A stretch of 64,000 bases of DNA, from contig CBDUZE010000013.1 in NCBI GenBank assembly GCA_965371625.1, positions 34,107 through 98,106 of the forward strand, given 5' to 3'. This DNA is from an uncultured Alphaproteobacteria bacterium. GTDB lineage: Bacteria > Pseudomonadota > Alphaproteobacteria > CBDUZE01. This document shows positions 50,804 to 61,913 of this stretch, piece after piece (position 1 is the stretch's first letter; each line of letters begins with the position of its first letter). Below the pieces are notes generated by a model. The model did no database searches. It saw only the letters and a program-made list of their open reading frames with translations, and had not been told where the DNA came from. Both the position numbers and the translations under genes were made by a program.

Positions 50804-52240
50804 ATGACCATCGCCGAAGCCGTGACGGCAGAGCCGCCGCCGGAGTTGGGACAGATCTTCCAGCGCCAGCGCGCCGCCTTCGCGGCGGCGGGGGCGCCCG
50901 ATCTCGGCGCCCGCCGCGCCGCCCTTAAGCGCCTCGAGCGGCTGGTGCTCGACAACCGGGAGGCGGTGGCCGACGCCATCGCCGAGGACTTCGGCCACCG
51001 TTCGCGCCACGAGACCGCGCTGGCCGAGATCTTCCTCACCGTCGACGGTCTGCGCCACGCCGGCGCCCGACTGCGGCGCTGGATGCGGCCCCGCCGCAGG
51101 GCCGTCTCGTGGCCCTTCCTGCCGGCGCGTGCCCGCGTGATCCATCAGCCGCTCGGCGTGGTGGGGATCATCGCGCCCTGGAACTACCCCTTCAATCTGG
51201 CGCTGGCGCCGCTCACCGGCGCGCTCGCCGCCGGCAACCGGGTCATGATCAAGCCCTCCGAGTTGACCCCGGCGACCAGCGCCCTCCTGGCCCGGCTCTT
51301 GGGCCAGGGCTTCGAGCGGGACGAGGTGGCGGTGGTCACGGGCGGGCCCGAGGTCGGAAAGGCCTTCGCCGCGCTGCCCTTCGATCACCTGATGTTCACC
51401 GGCTCGACCGCGATCGGCGTCAGCATCCTCCACGCCGCGGCCGACAACCTGACCCCGGTGACGCTCGAGCTCGGCGGCAAGTCGCCGGCCATCGTCGCCG
51501 AGGGCTATCCGCTTGAGCGCGCGGCGCTCAAGATCATGGCCGGCAAGCTGTTCAACGCCGGCCAGACCTGCATCGCGCCCGACTACGTGCTTATCCCTAA
51601 GGCCCGGCTCGAGGACTTCGTCGCCGCGGCGCGGGACGCGGTGGCCAAGCTCTACCCGACGCTGGCCGAGAACCCGGACTACACCGCGATCGTAAACCAG
51701 CACCACTACCGGCGCCTCGCCGGGCTGGTGGAAAAGGCGCGGGAGGGGGGCGCCCGCGTGGTCGAGATCAACCCCGCCGGCGAGACCCTGGACCCGGGCG
51801 CGCGCAAGTTCCCGCCCACCCTGGTGGTGGGCGCCGGGGAGCGGAGCGCGGTGATGAGCGAGGAGATCTTCGGCCCGGTGCTTCCCATCGTGCCCTATGG
51901 CGATCTCGGCCAGGCCATCGACTACGTCAACGCCCGGCCGCGACCGCTGGCGCTCTACCACTTCGACGACGACCGCGGCCGCGCCGAGCGAGTGCTCCGC
52001 GAGACCACCTCGGGCGGCGCGGCGCTCAACGACACGCTGCTGCAGACCGCCCTCAACGACCTGCCGTTCGGCGGCGTCGGCGCCAGCGGCATGGGCGCCT
52101 ATCACGGCCGCGACGGCTTCGAGACCTTCTCGCACAAGAAGTCGGTGTTCGCGCAAAGCCGGCTCTCGGTCAGCGCGATGCTGTCCCCGCCGTTCGGCCG
52201 GGTGGCGGAGCGGATGCTCAGACTGCTGATCCGAAGGTGA
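50804..52240 (+). CDS. Coniferyl/long-chain aldehyde dehydrogenase (CalB/LaoC-like)
   Basis: PWNYP, KPSE, FTGS, LELGGKSP, NAGQTCIAPDY, EEIFGP. Confidence 0.93.
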   Translation: MTIAEAVTAEPPPELGQIFQRQRAAFAAAGAPDLGARRAALKRLERLVLDNREAVADAIAEDFGHRSRHETALAEIFLTVDGLRHAGARLRRWMRPRRRAVSWPFLPARARVIHQPLGVVGIIAPWNYPFNLALAPLTGALAAGNRVMIKPSELTPATSALLARLLGQGFERDEVAVVTGGPEVGKAFAALPFDHLMFTGSTAIGVSILHAAADNLTPVTLELGGKSPAIVAEGYPLERAALKIMAGKLFNAGQTCIAPDYVLIPKARLEDFVAAARDAVAKLYPTLAENPDYTAIVNQHHYRRLAGLVEKAREGGARVVEINPAGETLDPGARKFPPTLVVGAGERSAVMSEEIFGPVLPIVPYGDLGQAIDYVNARPRPLALYHFDDDRGRAERVLRETTSGGAALNDTLLQTALNDLPFGGVGASGMGAYHGRDGFETFSHKKSVFAQSRLSVSAMLSPPFGRVAERMLRLLIRR

Positions 52241-52815
52241 GCGCGAAAGGGCACGGCGCGGCGGCGCTCGGCGCCAACACCACGCTCGACCTGTTGCGGC
52301 CCTCGCGCCGCGAGCTCCTGAAGACCGGCGCGCTGGGCTGCGCGGCGCTGGCCTTTGTGGGCCTCGCGGCGCGGGCGCGCGCCCAGCCGATCGAAGGCGA
52401 CTTTGCCTTCCTCGGCGCGGAGGACCGGGTGATCGTAGCCGCGATCGCGCCGGTGATGCTGGCCGGCGCCCTGCCCGCGGGCGGCGCGGCGCGGCAAAGG
52501 GCCGAGGCCGAGGTGGTGGAGGGCGTCGACCGCGCCATCTCAGGGCTCGCGCCGGCGACCCAGGCCGAGCTGCGCCAGCTCTTCGACCTCTTGGGGCTCG
52601 GCATCGCGCGGGTCCTGGTGGCGGGCCTGTGGCCGTCGTGGGACGAGGCCGGCGCGGAGGACATCGCCGGCTTCCTGGGGCGCTGGAAGGAGAGCCGTTT
52701 CGACCTCTTGCGCTCGGCCTACCTCGGCCTTCACGAGCTCATCATCGCCGCCTGGTACGGCAACCCGCGTGCCTGGCCGCGCATCGGCTACCCCGGCCCG
52801 CCCGAGCTCGGGTAG
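52237..52815 (+). CDS. Twin-arginine-signal accessory subunit (LaoB-like)
   Basis: SRRELLK Tat motif; AWY..P..W..IGYPGPP C-terminus; lies between ALDH and GMC genes. Confidence 0.82.
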   Translation: MSAKGHGAAALGANTTLDLLRPSRRELLKTGALGCAALAFVGLAARARAQPIEGDFAFLGAEDRVIVAAIAPVMLAGALPAGGAARQRAEAEVVEGVDRAISGLAPATQAELRQLFDLLGLGIARVLVAGLWPSWDEAGAEDIAGFLGRWKESRFDLLRSAYLGLHELIIAAWYGNPRAWPRIGYPGPPELG

Positions 52816-52819
52816 CGTA

Positions 52820-54397
52820 ATGGCCGAGAGCGCCCCCGCGCCCCACCACGACGTCCGCGACGCCTCCCGGCTCGAGGCCGACCTCACGCTCGCCGGCGAC
52901 GTCGCCATCGTCGGCAGCGGCGCCGGCGGCGGCGTCGCCGCGGAGGTCCTGGCCGAGGCCGGGCTCAAGGTGGTGCTGATCGAGGAGGGGCCCTACCGCA
53001 CGGCGCGGGACTTCAACATGCGCGAGGCCTGGGCCTACCCCGAGCTCTATCAGGAATCGGCGGCGCGCCAGACCAAGGACAAGGCCATCACCATCCTCCA
53101 GGGGCGCGCCGTGGGCGGCTCGACCACCGTCAACTGGACCACCAGCTTCCGCACCCCGCCCGAGACCCTTGGGCACTGGCGCGCGCGGCACGGTCTCGGG
53201 GAGTTCACCGAGGCGGCGCTCGCGCCCTGGTTCGCGCGCATGGAGGCGCGCCTCGGCATTGCGCCCTGGGCGCTCGCGCCCAATCCCAACAACGCGGCGC
53301 TGGCCCGGGGCGCCGAGCGGCTGGGCTGGTCGCACGGCGTCATCAGCCGCAACGTGCGTGACTGCATCGAACTCGGCTACTGCGGCCTGGGCTGCCCCGT
53401 CGACGCCAAGCAGTCGATGCTGGTGACCACCATCCCGGCGGCGCTGGAGCGCGGCGCCACGCTCCTCACCCGGAGCCGCGCCGAGCGTCTCGAGATCACG
53501 GGTGAGGGCGTCACCGCCGTGCTCTGCGCGGCACTCGACCGGGGCGGCATCCGGCCCAGCGGCCGACGGCTCAAGGTCGAGGCGCGCCACGTGGTGCTGG
53601 CGGGCGGCGCCATCGGCTCGCCGGCGCTGCTCCTGCGCTCGGGCGCGCCCGACCCCCACGGGCGGCTTGGGCGGCGCACCTTCCTGCACCCGGTCTGCAT
53701 CTCCACCGCGATCATGGCCGAAGCCATCGAGCCCTGGAGCGGGGCGCCGCAGTCGATCTACTCGGACCACTTCCTGTGGCGGGGCGGGGTGCGCGGCGCG
53801 GCGGGCTACAAGATCGAGACCCCGCCCACCTATCCGATGATCGCCGCCACCGTGTTCAAGAGCTTCGGCGCCGGCCACGCGGCCGAGTTCGCCAAGCTCC
53901 CCCACGCCCACACCCTGATCGCGCTGCTGCGCGACGGCTTCCACGGGCAAAGCACCGGCGGCGAGGTCGGCTTGCGCGACGACGGCAGCCCGCTGCTCGA
54001 CTATCCCTTCACCGACTACCTTCGGGACGGCCTCCGCCGCGCCTATCTTTCGATGGCCGAGCTGCAGTTCGCGGCCGGCGCCCGCACGGTGCAGCCGGTG
54101 CACAGCGAGGCGAGGCCGTACCAGAGCTGGCCCGAGGCCCGGGCCGCCATCGCCGAGCTCGATCTCGCACCCTTGCGGCCGGTGTTGTTCTCGGCCCACG
54201 TCATGGGCGGCGCGGCGATGGGCAAGGACCCGCGCGCCTCGGTGGTCGACGGTTGGGGCCGCCACCACCAGCTCGCCAACCTCTCGGTGCTCGACGGCGC
54301 GACCTTCCCGACCTCGCTCGGCGCCAACCCCCAGCTCACCATCTTCGCGCTGGCGGCGCGAAACGCGAGCCGGCTGGCGGCGGAGCTCGCCGGCTAG
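52820..54397 (+). CDS. GMC flavin oxidoreductase (long-chain alcohol dehydrogenase, LaoA-like)
   Basis: GSGAGG, GGSTTVN, C..LGYC.LGCP, SAHVMG, FPTSLGANPQ. Confidence 0.9.
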   Translation: MAESAPAPHHDVRDASRLEADLTLAGDVAIVGSGAGGGVAAEVLAEAGLKVVLIEEGPYRTARDFNMREAWAYPELYQESAARQTKDKAITILQGRAVGGSTTVNWTTSFRTPPETLGHWRARHGLGEFTEAALAPWFARMEARLGIAPWALAPNPNNAALARGAERLGWSHGVISRNVRDCIELGYCGLGCPVDAKQSMLVTTIPAALERGATLLTRSRAERLEITGEGVTAVLCAALDRGGIRPSGRRLKVEARHVVLAGGAIGSPALLLRSGAPDPHGRLGRRTFLHPVCISTAIMAEAIEPWSGAPQSIYSDHFLWRGGVRGAAGYKIETPPTYPMIAATVFKSFGAGHAAEFAKLPHAHTLIALLRDGFHGQSTGGEVGLRDDGSPLLDYPFTDYLRDGLRRAYLSMAELQFAAGARTVQPVHSEARPYQSWPEARAAIAELDLAPLRPVLFSAHVMGGAAMGKDPRASVVDGWGRHHQLANLSVLDGATFPTSLGANPQLTIFALAARNASRLAAELAG

Positions 54398-54413
54398 GCG
54401 ATCGGGCGCCCGC

Positions 54414-54656
54414 TTACGAGAAGGCCTTGAAGGTGATCAGCGTGAAGGTGTCCTTGATGCCCGGCAGGAGCTGGACGCGCTCGGTGATGAAATGGCCGAT
54501 GTCCTGGTCGTCGGTCAGGTAGCACTTCATCAAGAGATCGTACTGCCCCGAGATCGAGTGGACCTCGGAGACCTGCTCGATGTTCTCGACCGCCTCGCTG
54601 GCGACGTCGTAGGATTTGCCGAGCTCGCACTTCACCATGACGAAGATGGTCTGCAT
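54414..54656 (-). CDS. Stand-alone Lrp/AsnC ligand-binding domain protein
   Basis: VSEVHSISGQYDLL, I..T.TLI; no HTH. Confidence 0.88.
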   Translation of the reverse strand: MQTIFVMVKCELGKSYDVASEAVENIEQVSEVHSISGQYDLLMKCYLTDDQDIGHFITERVQLLPGIKDTFTLITFKAFS

Positions 54657-54667
54657 CGCCGGGCTCG

Positions 54668-56185
<1,518 letters not shown>

Positions 56186-56242
56186 GCGTTACGCCCGAAG
56201 GCGCGGTCCACTAACGTTCTCGGGAGGCGAGGCTTCGGCGCG

Positions 56243-56270
56243 AGCATAGCGGACCTGAGCCGGCTGTCAA
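56243..56270 (-). promoter_or_regulatory. Sigma70 promoter of DEAD-box helicase
   Basis: Minus strand TTGACA-16nt-TATGCT. Confidence 0.65.
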
Positions 56271-56371
56271 CGCAAGCGGGCGCGTGTTGGGCCGCACGGG
56301 GATGGGTCGCTGTCGCTCGGAGAGCTAGATTTTGCCGGCGGCGCCGTGCTCGTTTACAGTCGGCGACGACC

Positions 56372-57727
56372 ATGGCTTGGGAAGAAAAACCTGCCAATGC
56401 CCCGGCCGAGGGGGGTGCCTCGCTAGCGGCGCTGGGGCAGCGCGCCACCGCGCTCTACAACGCCGGCCGCCTGGCCGAGGCGCTCGCGGTCTGCCGCGAG
56501 GCCCTGGCGCTGGAGCCCGGCCGCGCCGACGTGCTCGCCTTCGCCGCCATGCTGGCGCTCGAGCTCGGCGATCACGCCCAGGCGGCCGAGCTCTACGGCG
56601 AGACGGTGACGGCCAAACCCGACTACGCCGAGGCCCACTACAACCTGGGCAACGCGCTCAAGAGCCTGGGACGGCCGGACGACGCCATGGCCGCCTACCG
56701 CCGCGCCATCGAGCTCAAGCCCGACCTCGCCGAGGCCCACAACAACCTCGGCAACGTGCTGCTGGGGTTGGGCCGGCACGAGGAGGCGACCGAGGCCTAC
56801 CGCCGCACCCTCGATCTCGTGCCGACGGTGCCCGAAACAAGGCGCAACCTGGGCATGGTGCTCGGCAAGATGGGGCGTTGGGACGAGGCGGTCGCCGCCT
56901 TCCGCCGCGCGCTCGAGCTCAAGCCCGACTGGCCCACCGCCTACAACAACCTGGTGACCGCGCTGCTCGAGGAGGGCAGCCCGCAAGCCGCGGTCGCGGC
57001 CAGCGACGCCTGGCTCGGGTTTCGGCCGGGCGACACCGAGGCGCTTTCGTTCAAGGCGCTGGCGCTGATCGAGGCCGGCGAGGCCGAGGCCGCGTGCTTT
57101 CTTTTGGACTACGACCGCCTCGTGCAGTCGCGGCGCTGGCAGGCGCCGGCTGCCTTCGCCACCCTCGCCGACTTCAACCGGGCGCTGGTCGCCCACGTCC
57201 TCGACCATCCTACCCTCAGGGTGCCCGACCAGGACCATCCCACCTACCACCACCCGGCGCTGGCCATCACCGAGGACCTGCTGGCCGAGCACAAGGGTCC
57301 GATGGTCTATCTCGAGGAGATGATGCACGCCGCGGTGGAGGCCTACTACGGCGAGCGGCCCGAGGATGCCGCGCACCCCTTCCTGGCCCGCCGGCCCAAG
57401 CGCTGGCGGCTGGTGTCGTGGGCCGCGGTGCTCGAGGGCGAGGGCAACCTGGTGCCCCACATCCACCTCGACGGCTACCTGAGCGGCGTCTATTACGCCC
57501 AGATGCCCATGGTCGTGGGCGCGCCCGGAGCGGGCCAGGCCGGCTGGTTCGAGGTCGGCCGCCCGCCCGACGACCTGCCTTGCCGCGCCGCCCCATTGGT
57601 GCGCGCCTACTGCCCCGAGGAAGGCCTGATGCTGCTCTTCCCCGCCTACATCTATCACCGCACCGTGCCCTATCGCTCGGGCGAGCCCCGCGTCTCCATC
57701 GCCTTCGACGTCATCGCCGAGGATTGA
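56372..57727 (+). CDS. TPR + putative 2OG-Fe(II) oxygenase domain protein
   Basis: About 6 TPRs; PHIH...LSGVYY, LFPAYIYHRTVP, RVSIAFD. Confidence 0.87.
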   Translation: MAWEEKPANAPAEGGASLAALGQRATALYNAGRLAEALAVCREALALEPGRADVLAFAAMLALELGDHAQAAELYGETVTAKPDYAEAHYNLGNALKSLGRPDDAMAAYRRAIELKPDLAEAHNNLGNVLLGLGRHEEATEAYRRTLDLVPTVPETRRNLGMVLGKMGRWDEAVAAFRRALELKPDWPTAYNNLVTALLEEGSPQAAVAASDAWLGFRPGDTEALSFKALALIEAGEAEAACFLLDYDRLVQSRRWQAPAAFATLADFNRALVAHVLDHPTLRVPDQDHPTYHHPALAITEDLLAEHKGPMVYLEEMMHAAVEAYYGERPEDAAHPFLARRPKRWRLVSWAAVLEGEGNLVPHIHLDGYLSGVYYAQMPMVVGAPGAGQAGWFEVGRPPDDLPCRAAPLVRAYCPEEGLMLLFPAYIYHRTVPYRSGEPRVSIAFDVIAED

Positions 57728-57872
57728 GGCGGCCGCGCACCCCGGCGCACCCGGCGGCGGGCCAGCGCTTGAGGCAGGGACCCGCGCCGCGTAGGATAGC
57801 GGAAGGCGGCGCCCGCCCACGGCCTTGGGGGGAAACGGCGGGCGCCAAGGGGTGATAAGGCGCCGATTGGAC

Positions 57873-59315
57873 ATGACCCCCACGACGGCGAGGCGTCACG
57901 GCACCTGGGTTCGGGCCTTGCTCCCGGCGGTGCTTCCGCTCGTTCTCGCCGGCTCGGTGTCTGCCGCCGAGAAGACCGCCGCCCTGTTCGAGGTCAAGGG
58001 CATCATCGGTCCCGCCATGAGCGACTATCTGGTGCGCGGCTTCGCCAAGGCGCGCGAGCAGGGTGCGACGGTGATCGTGCTGCGCATCGACACGCCGGGC
58101 GGCCTCGACACCTCGATGCGCGAGATCATCCGCGAGATCCTGGCCTCGCCCATCCCGGTCCTGAGCTACGTCGCCCCAAGCGGCGCGCGGGCGGCCAGCG
58201 CCGGCACCTACATGCTCTACGCCAGCCATATCGCCGCCATGGCGCCCGGCACCAACCTGGGCGCGGCGACGCCGGTGCAAATCGGCGGTGCGCCCAAGCC
58301 CCTGCCGCCGCCGCGCCGGGGCGACGACGACGAAGACGAAGACGCCGAGGGGGAGGAGGACGGAGAGCAAGCGAAGGGCGACGAAGCCGCGGACAAGCCG
58401 GCCAGGAAAGGGCCGCCGCCGACGCTGGCCGACAAGGCGGTGAGCGACGCCGCCGCCTATATCCGCAGCCTCGCCCAGCTCAGGGGCCGCAACGTCAAGT
58501 GGGCCGAGCGGGCGGTGCGCGAGGCCGCCAGCCTCTCGGCCGAGGAGGCGCTCGAGGCCGGCGTCATCGACCTGGTGGCACAAGACCTGGACGAGCTGCT
58601 GGCCAAGGCGGACGGGCGCAGCGTGAAGGTGGTGAACACTCTGCAAACGATCGCATCGGCGGGCGCCGAGGTCGCGGTGACCGCGCCCGACTGGCGCACC
58701 GAGCTGTTGGGCGTCATCACCAACCCCAACGTCGCCTACATCCTGCTGCTGATCGGCATGTACGGGCTGATCTACGAGTTCACCCACCCCGGCATCGTGG
58801 CCCCGGGGGTGGCCGGCGCCATCAGCCTCATGCTGGCGCTGTTCGCGTTCCACGTCCTGCCCATCAACTACGCCGGCCTCGGCCTCATCCTCCTGGGCAT
58901 CGCCTTCATGGTGGCGGAGGCCTTCCTTCCCGCCTTCGGGGCGCTCGGCATCGGCGGCGTGATCGCCTTCGTCATCGGCTCGATGATGCTGTTCGACATC
59001 GAGGCGCCGGGCTTCGGCGTCTCGCGGCCGCTGATCTTCGGCATCGCCGCCTCGAGCAGCGCGCTTTTCACCGTGGTGCTGGCGTTGGCCGTGAAGGCGA
59101 GGCGGCGCCCGGTGGTGAGCGGGCGCGAGGAGATGGTCGGCAGCTTGGGCCAGGTCGCCGATTGGGGCGAGGGGAGGGGCCGTGTCCGGGTCCACGGCGA
59201 GATCTGGCAGGCGGACGCTGCAACGCCGCTCGAGCCGGGTGCCGCGGTCCGCGTCACCGCCCTCGACGGGCTTACCGTGAGGGTCGAGCCCGCGGAAGAC
59301 AACAAGGAGACCTGA
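57873..59315 (+). CDS. nfeD: NfeD-family membrane serine protease (ClpP-like + TM + OB domain)
   Basis: [23 protein letters not shown] bundle, VHGEIWQA. Confidence 0.92.
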   Translation: MTPTTARRHGTWVRALLPAVLPLVLAGSVSAAEKTAALFEVKGIIGPAMSDYLVRGFAKAREQGATVIVLRIDTPGGLDTSMREIIREILASPIPVLSYVAPSGARAASAGTYMLYASHIAAMAPGTNLGAATPVQIGGAPKPLPPPRRGDDDEDEDAEGEEDGEQAKGDEAADKPARKGPPPTLADKAVSDAAAYIRSLAQLRGRNVKWAERAVREAASLSAEEALEAGVIDLVAQDLDELLAKADGRSVKVVNTLQTIASAGAEVAVTAPDWRTELLGVITNPNVAYILLLIGMYGLIYEFTHPGIVAPGVAGAISLMLALFAFHVLPINYAGLGLILLGIAFMVAEAFLPAFGALGIGGVIAFVIGSMMLFDIEAPGFGVSRPLIFGIAASSSALFTVVLALAVKARRRPVVSGREEMVGSLGQVADWGEGRGRVRVHGEIWQADAATPLEPGAAVRVTALDGLTVRVEPAEDNKET

Positions 59316-59316
59316 C

Positions 59317-60105
59317 ATGTCGGTGATCGCGGTTCTCTCCACCTACGCCCTGGCGATCTTCGCCATCGTCGTCCTCATCATCGTTCTCTCGGCGCTCAGG
59401 GTGCTGCGCGAGTACCAGCGCGGCGTCATCTTCCTCCTCGGCCGTTTCTGGAAGGTCAAGGGACCGGGGCTGATCATCGTCATCCCGGTGGTCCAGCAGA
59501 TGGTCCGGGTCGACCTCCGCACCGTGGTGCTCGACGTGCCGACCCAGGACGTGATCTCGCGCGACAACGTCTCGGTCAAGGTGAGCGCGGTGATCTACTA
59601 CCGCGTCATCGACCCCGAGAAGGCGATCATCCAGGTCGAGGACTTCGAGAACGCCACCAGCCAGCTCGCCCAGACCACCCTGCGCTCGGTGCTGGGCCAG
59701 CACGAGCTCGACGAGATGCTGGCCGAGCGCGACAAGCTCAACGCCGACATCCAGCGCATCCTCGACCACCAGACCGAGGCCTGGGGCATCAAGGTCTCGA
59801 ACGTCGAGATCAAGCACATCGACCTGGACGAGAGCATGATCCGGGCGATCGCCAAGCAGGCCGAGACCGAGCGCATCCGCCGCGCCAAGATCATCAACGC
59901 CGAGGGCGAGTTCCAGGCCGCGCAGCGGCTCCTCGAGGCCGCCGAGATCATGTCGGCGAACCCCCAAACGCTGCAGCTTCGCTACCTCGCGGCGCTCCAG
60001 GACATCGCCAGCGAAAAGACCTCGACCATCATCTTTCCGGTGCCGCTCGACTTCATCGCTGCCTTCACCGGCGGGCGCCGGGAGGACGGCGGCGGGGCCA
60101 CCTGA
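59317..60105 (+). CDS. SPFH/stomatin-like (slipin) protein
   Basis: [41 protein letters not shown]. Confidence 0.95.
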   Translation: MSVIAVLSTYALAIFAIVVLIIVLSALRVLREYQRGVIFLLGRFWKVKGPGLIIVIPVVQQMVRVDLRTVVLDVPTQDVISRDNVSVKVSAVIYYRVIDPEKAIIQVEDFENATSQLAQTTLRSVLGQHELDEMLAERDKLNADIQRILDHQTEAWGIKVSNVEIKHIDLDESMIRAIAKQAETERIRRAKIINAEGEFQAAQRLLEAAEIMSANPQTLQLRYLAALQDIASEKTSTIIFPVPLDFIAAFTGGRREDGGGAT

Positions 60106-60155
60106 ACGGCAGTCCCCGGCTCGCATCTCCTCAGCCCCCCTCGCGAAATGTTGCC

Positions 60156-60186
60156 TTGACCGGCGCGCCCCGGCCTTAAATATCTC
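60156..60186 (+). promoter_or_regulatory. Putative promoter of Cys3-pair/SCO operon
   Basis: TTGACC followed by AT-rich TAAATATCT; -10 register is ambiguous. Confidence 0.4.
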
Positions 60187-60221
60187 TAGCGGCTGACCAC
60201 CTTTTCCGGGGACCCTGGACC

Positions 60222-60668
60222 ATGAAGCGATTCCTTTTTGCCTGCCTGGGGCACGCCTCCCTGGCCCTGGCGCTGGCCGCCGCGGGGAGCGCGCCGGCTT
60301 ATGCCGCGGCGCCGACCCGGGTCACGGTCACCGGCGAGGTCATCGACTCGTGGTGCTATCTCACCGAGATCATGTACCCCTTGGGCACCGCCCACCACCA
60401 GTGCGCCTTATGGTGCGCCGCGGGGGGCATTCCGGTCGGCATTCTCAGCGACGAGGGCGAGGTCTACATCGTCCTCAAGATGGCGGGTGACGACACCTCC
60501 GTCGCCAACCCCGCCCTCTTGGAGATGCAGACCCACAAGATCACCGTCGAGGGCCAGGCCATCGCCCGCGACGGCATGAAGTACCTGTTGATCGAGCGGG
60601 TGGTCGAGGATTTCGGAATCGTCAACCAGACCCACGAGGACTACGGCATCCAGCCGTTCGGGGAATAG
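60222..60668 (+). CDS. Secreted Cys/His-rich hypothetical protein
   Basis: Signal peptide; GEVIDSWCY...AHHQCALWCAAGGIPVG. Confidence 0.8.
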   Translation: MKRFLFACLGHASLALALAAAGSAPAYAAAPTRVTVTGEVIDSWCYLTEIMYPLGTAHHQCALWCAAGGIPVGILSDEGEVYIVLKMAGDDTSVANPALLEMQTHKITVEGQAIARDGMKYLLIERVVEDFGIVNQTHEDYGIQPFGE

Positions 60669-60672
60669 CGCC

Positions 60673-61212
60673 ATGAAACCATTGGTTGTTGCCGCCCTCG
60701 CTGCCCTCGCCGCCCTCGCGCTGGCGCTCGGCCCCCCGGCGCGGGCGGCCGAGGAATGGGGCCTGCCCGACGAGGAGGTGGTGCGCTTCGAGGCCCGCGT
60801 GGTCGACGTGCTGTGCGAGCTCACCGGCGACTGCCCCGCGGTGTGCGGCGGCGGCAAGCGTCAGCTCGGGCTGATCGACGACCAGGGCGCGCTGGTCATC
60901 GCGCATAAGAACGTGGTGCCCTTCGCCGGCGCCGCCGCCGAGCTCATCGACTTCTGCGGCCGGCAGGTGATCGCCGACGGGCTGTTCTCCACCAACCGCG
61001 GGGTGCGGGTGTTCGTGCTCCAGTTCGTGCGCGAGGCGCCCGAGGGAAAGTGGCGGCGCGCCAACCGCTTCCTGCCCAAGTGGGGCAAGGAGCAGGGCGT
61101 CGACCCCGAAAGCGAGGCCGCCAAGGTGTGGTTCCGCAACGACCCCCGGGTCAAGGCGCGGCTCGCCGAGGAGGGCAAGCTGGGTCTGGGTCCGGGTGTG
61201 GGTCCGGAGTGA
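60673..61212 (+). CDS. Secreted Cys-rich hypothetical protein, apparent paralog of the upstream gene
   Basis: Signal peptide (ARA); VVDVLCELTGDCPAVCGGGKRQLG, DFCG. Confidence 0.8.
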   Translation: MKPLVVAALAALAALALALGPPARAAEEWGLPDEEVVRFEARVVDVLCELTGDCPAVCGGGKRQLGLIDDQGALVIAHKNVVPFAGAAAELIDFCGRQVIADGLFSTNRGVRVFVLQFVREAPEGKWRRANRFLPKWGKEQGVDPESEAAKVWFRNDPRVKARLAEEGKLGLGPGVGPE

Positions 61213-61829
61213 TGGCCACGGCGGCCCTCGCGGGGAGCGCCGCGGCGCTGCTCGGGCTGGCACTGCTCTTGGCGCCGCTTCCGGCCGCTGCCCATGACCG
61301 TAGCATCGGCCACGGGGCGACGGCGCCGGACCCCTCGCCGGAAGCCCTCGACATCGGCGGGCCGTTCACGCTCACCGACCATGAGGGCCGCGCCCGCAGC
61401 GACGCCGACTATCGCGGCGACTACCTGCTGGTCTACTTCGGCTATACGGCCTGCCCCTATACCTGCTCGACGGCGCTGATCAACCTCGCCAGCGCGCTCG
61501 ACCAACTGAGCGCGGAGGGGGCAGAGCTCACGCCCCTCTTCATCACCGTCGATCCCGAGTACGACACGCCCGAGCGGCTGGCGCCCTTCGTGGCCGCCAT
61601 TCACCCGCGCCTGGTGGGGCTCACCGGCACCGCCGAACAGGTCCGCGCCGTGCTCGCGGCCTACCGCGTCGAGGCCCGTCCGGCCGTGGACAAGGGCGCC
61701 TACGCGCGCCTCATCGACCACAGCCCGTTCGCCTACCTCATGGGACCTGAGGGCGACTTCCTGACCCTGTTCCCCCCGATCGTGCCGCCCCGGCGCATGG
61801 CCGCCATCATCCGCGACTATCTGCGCTGA
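61212..61829 (+). CDS. SCO1/SenC family copper chaperone
   Basis: GGPFTLTDH, FGYTACPYTC (CXXXC), ITVDPEYD, IDHS; TGATG coupling to the upstream gene. Confidence 0.93.
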   Translation: MATAALAGSAAALLGLALLLAPLPAAAHDRSIGHGATAPDPSPEALDIGGPFTLTDHEGRARSDADYRGDYLLVYFGYTACPYTCSTALINLASALDQLSAEGAELTPLFITVDPEYDTPERLAPFVAAIHPRLVGLTGTAEQVRAVLAAYRVEARPAVDKGAYARLIDHSPFAYLMGPEGDFLTLFPPIVPPRRMAAIIRDYLR

Positions 61830-61831
61830 AA

Positions 61832-61846
61832 AGGGGACTGTCCCCT
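61832..61846. repeat. Short REP-like palindrome AGGGGACTGTCCCCT
   Basis: 7-1-7 perfect palindrome directly after the SCO stop; related gaaaagggctgtcccc near 39778. Confidence 0.6.
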
Positions 61847-61913
61847 GTACCTCAGATAAGCCAAACTCCCCCGGTTCGCGGCCGATCCCGCAAGGCGAAC
61901 CAAGGGGGCGAGC

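Noticed and set aside
60156-60186. CueR/MerR-type promoter for the SCO operon
   Set aside because: No ACCTTCC-type dyad in the spacer, and the -10 position is ambiguous
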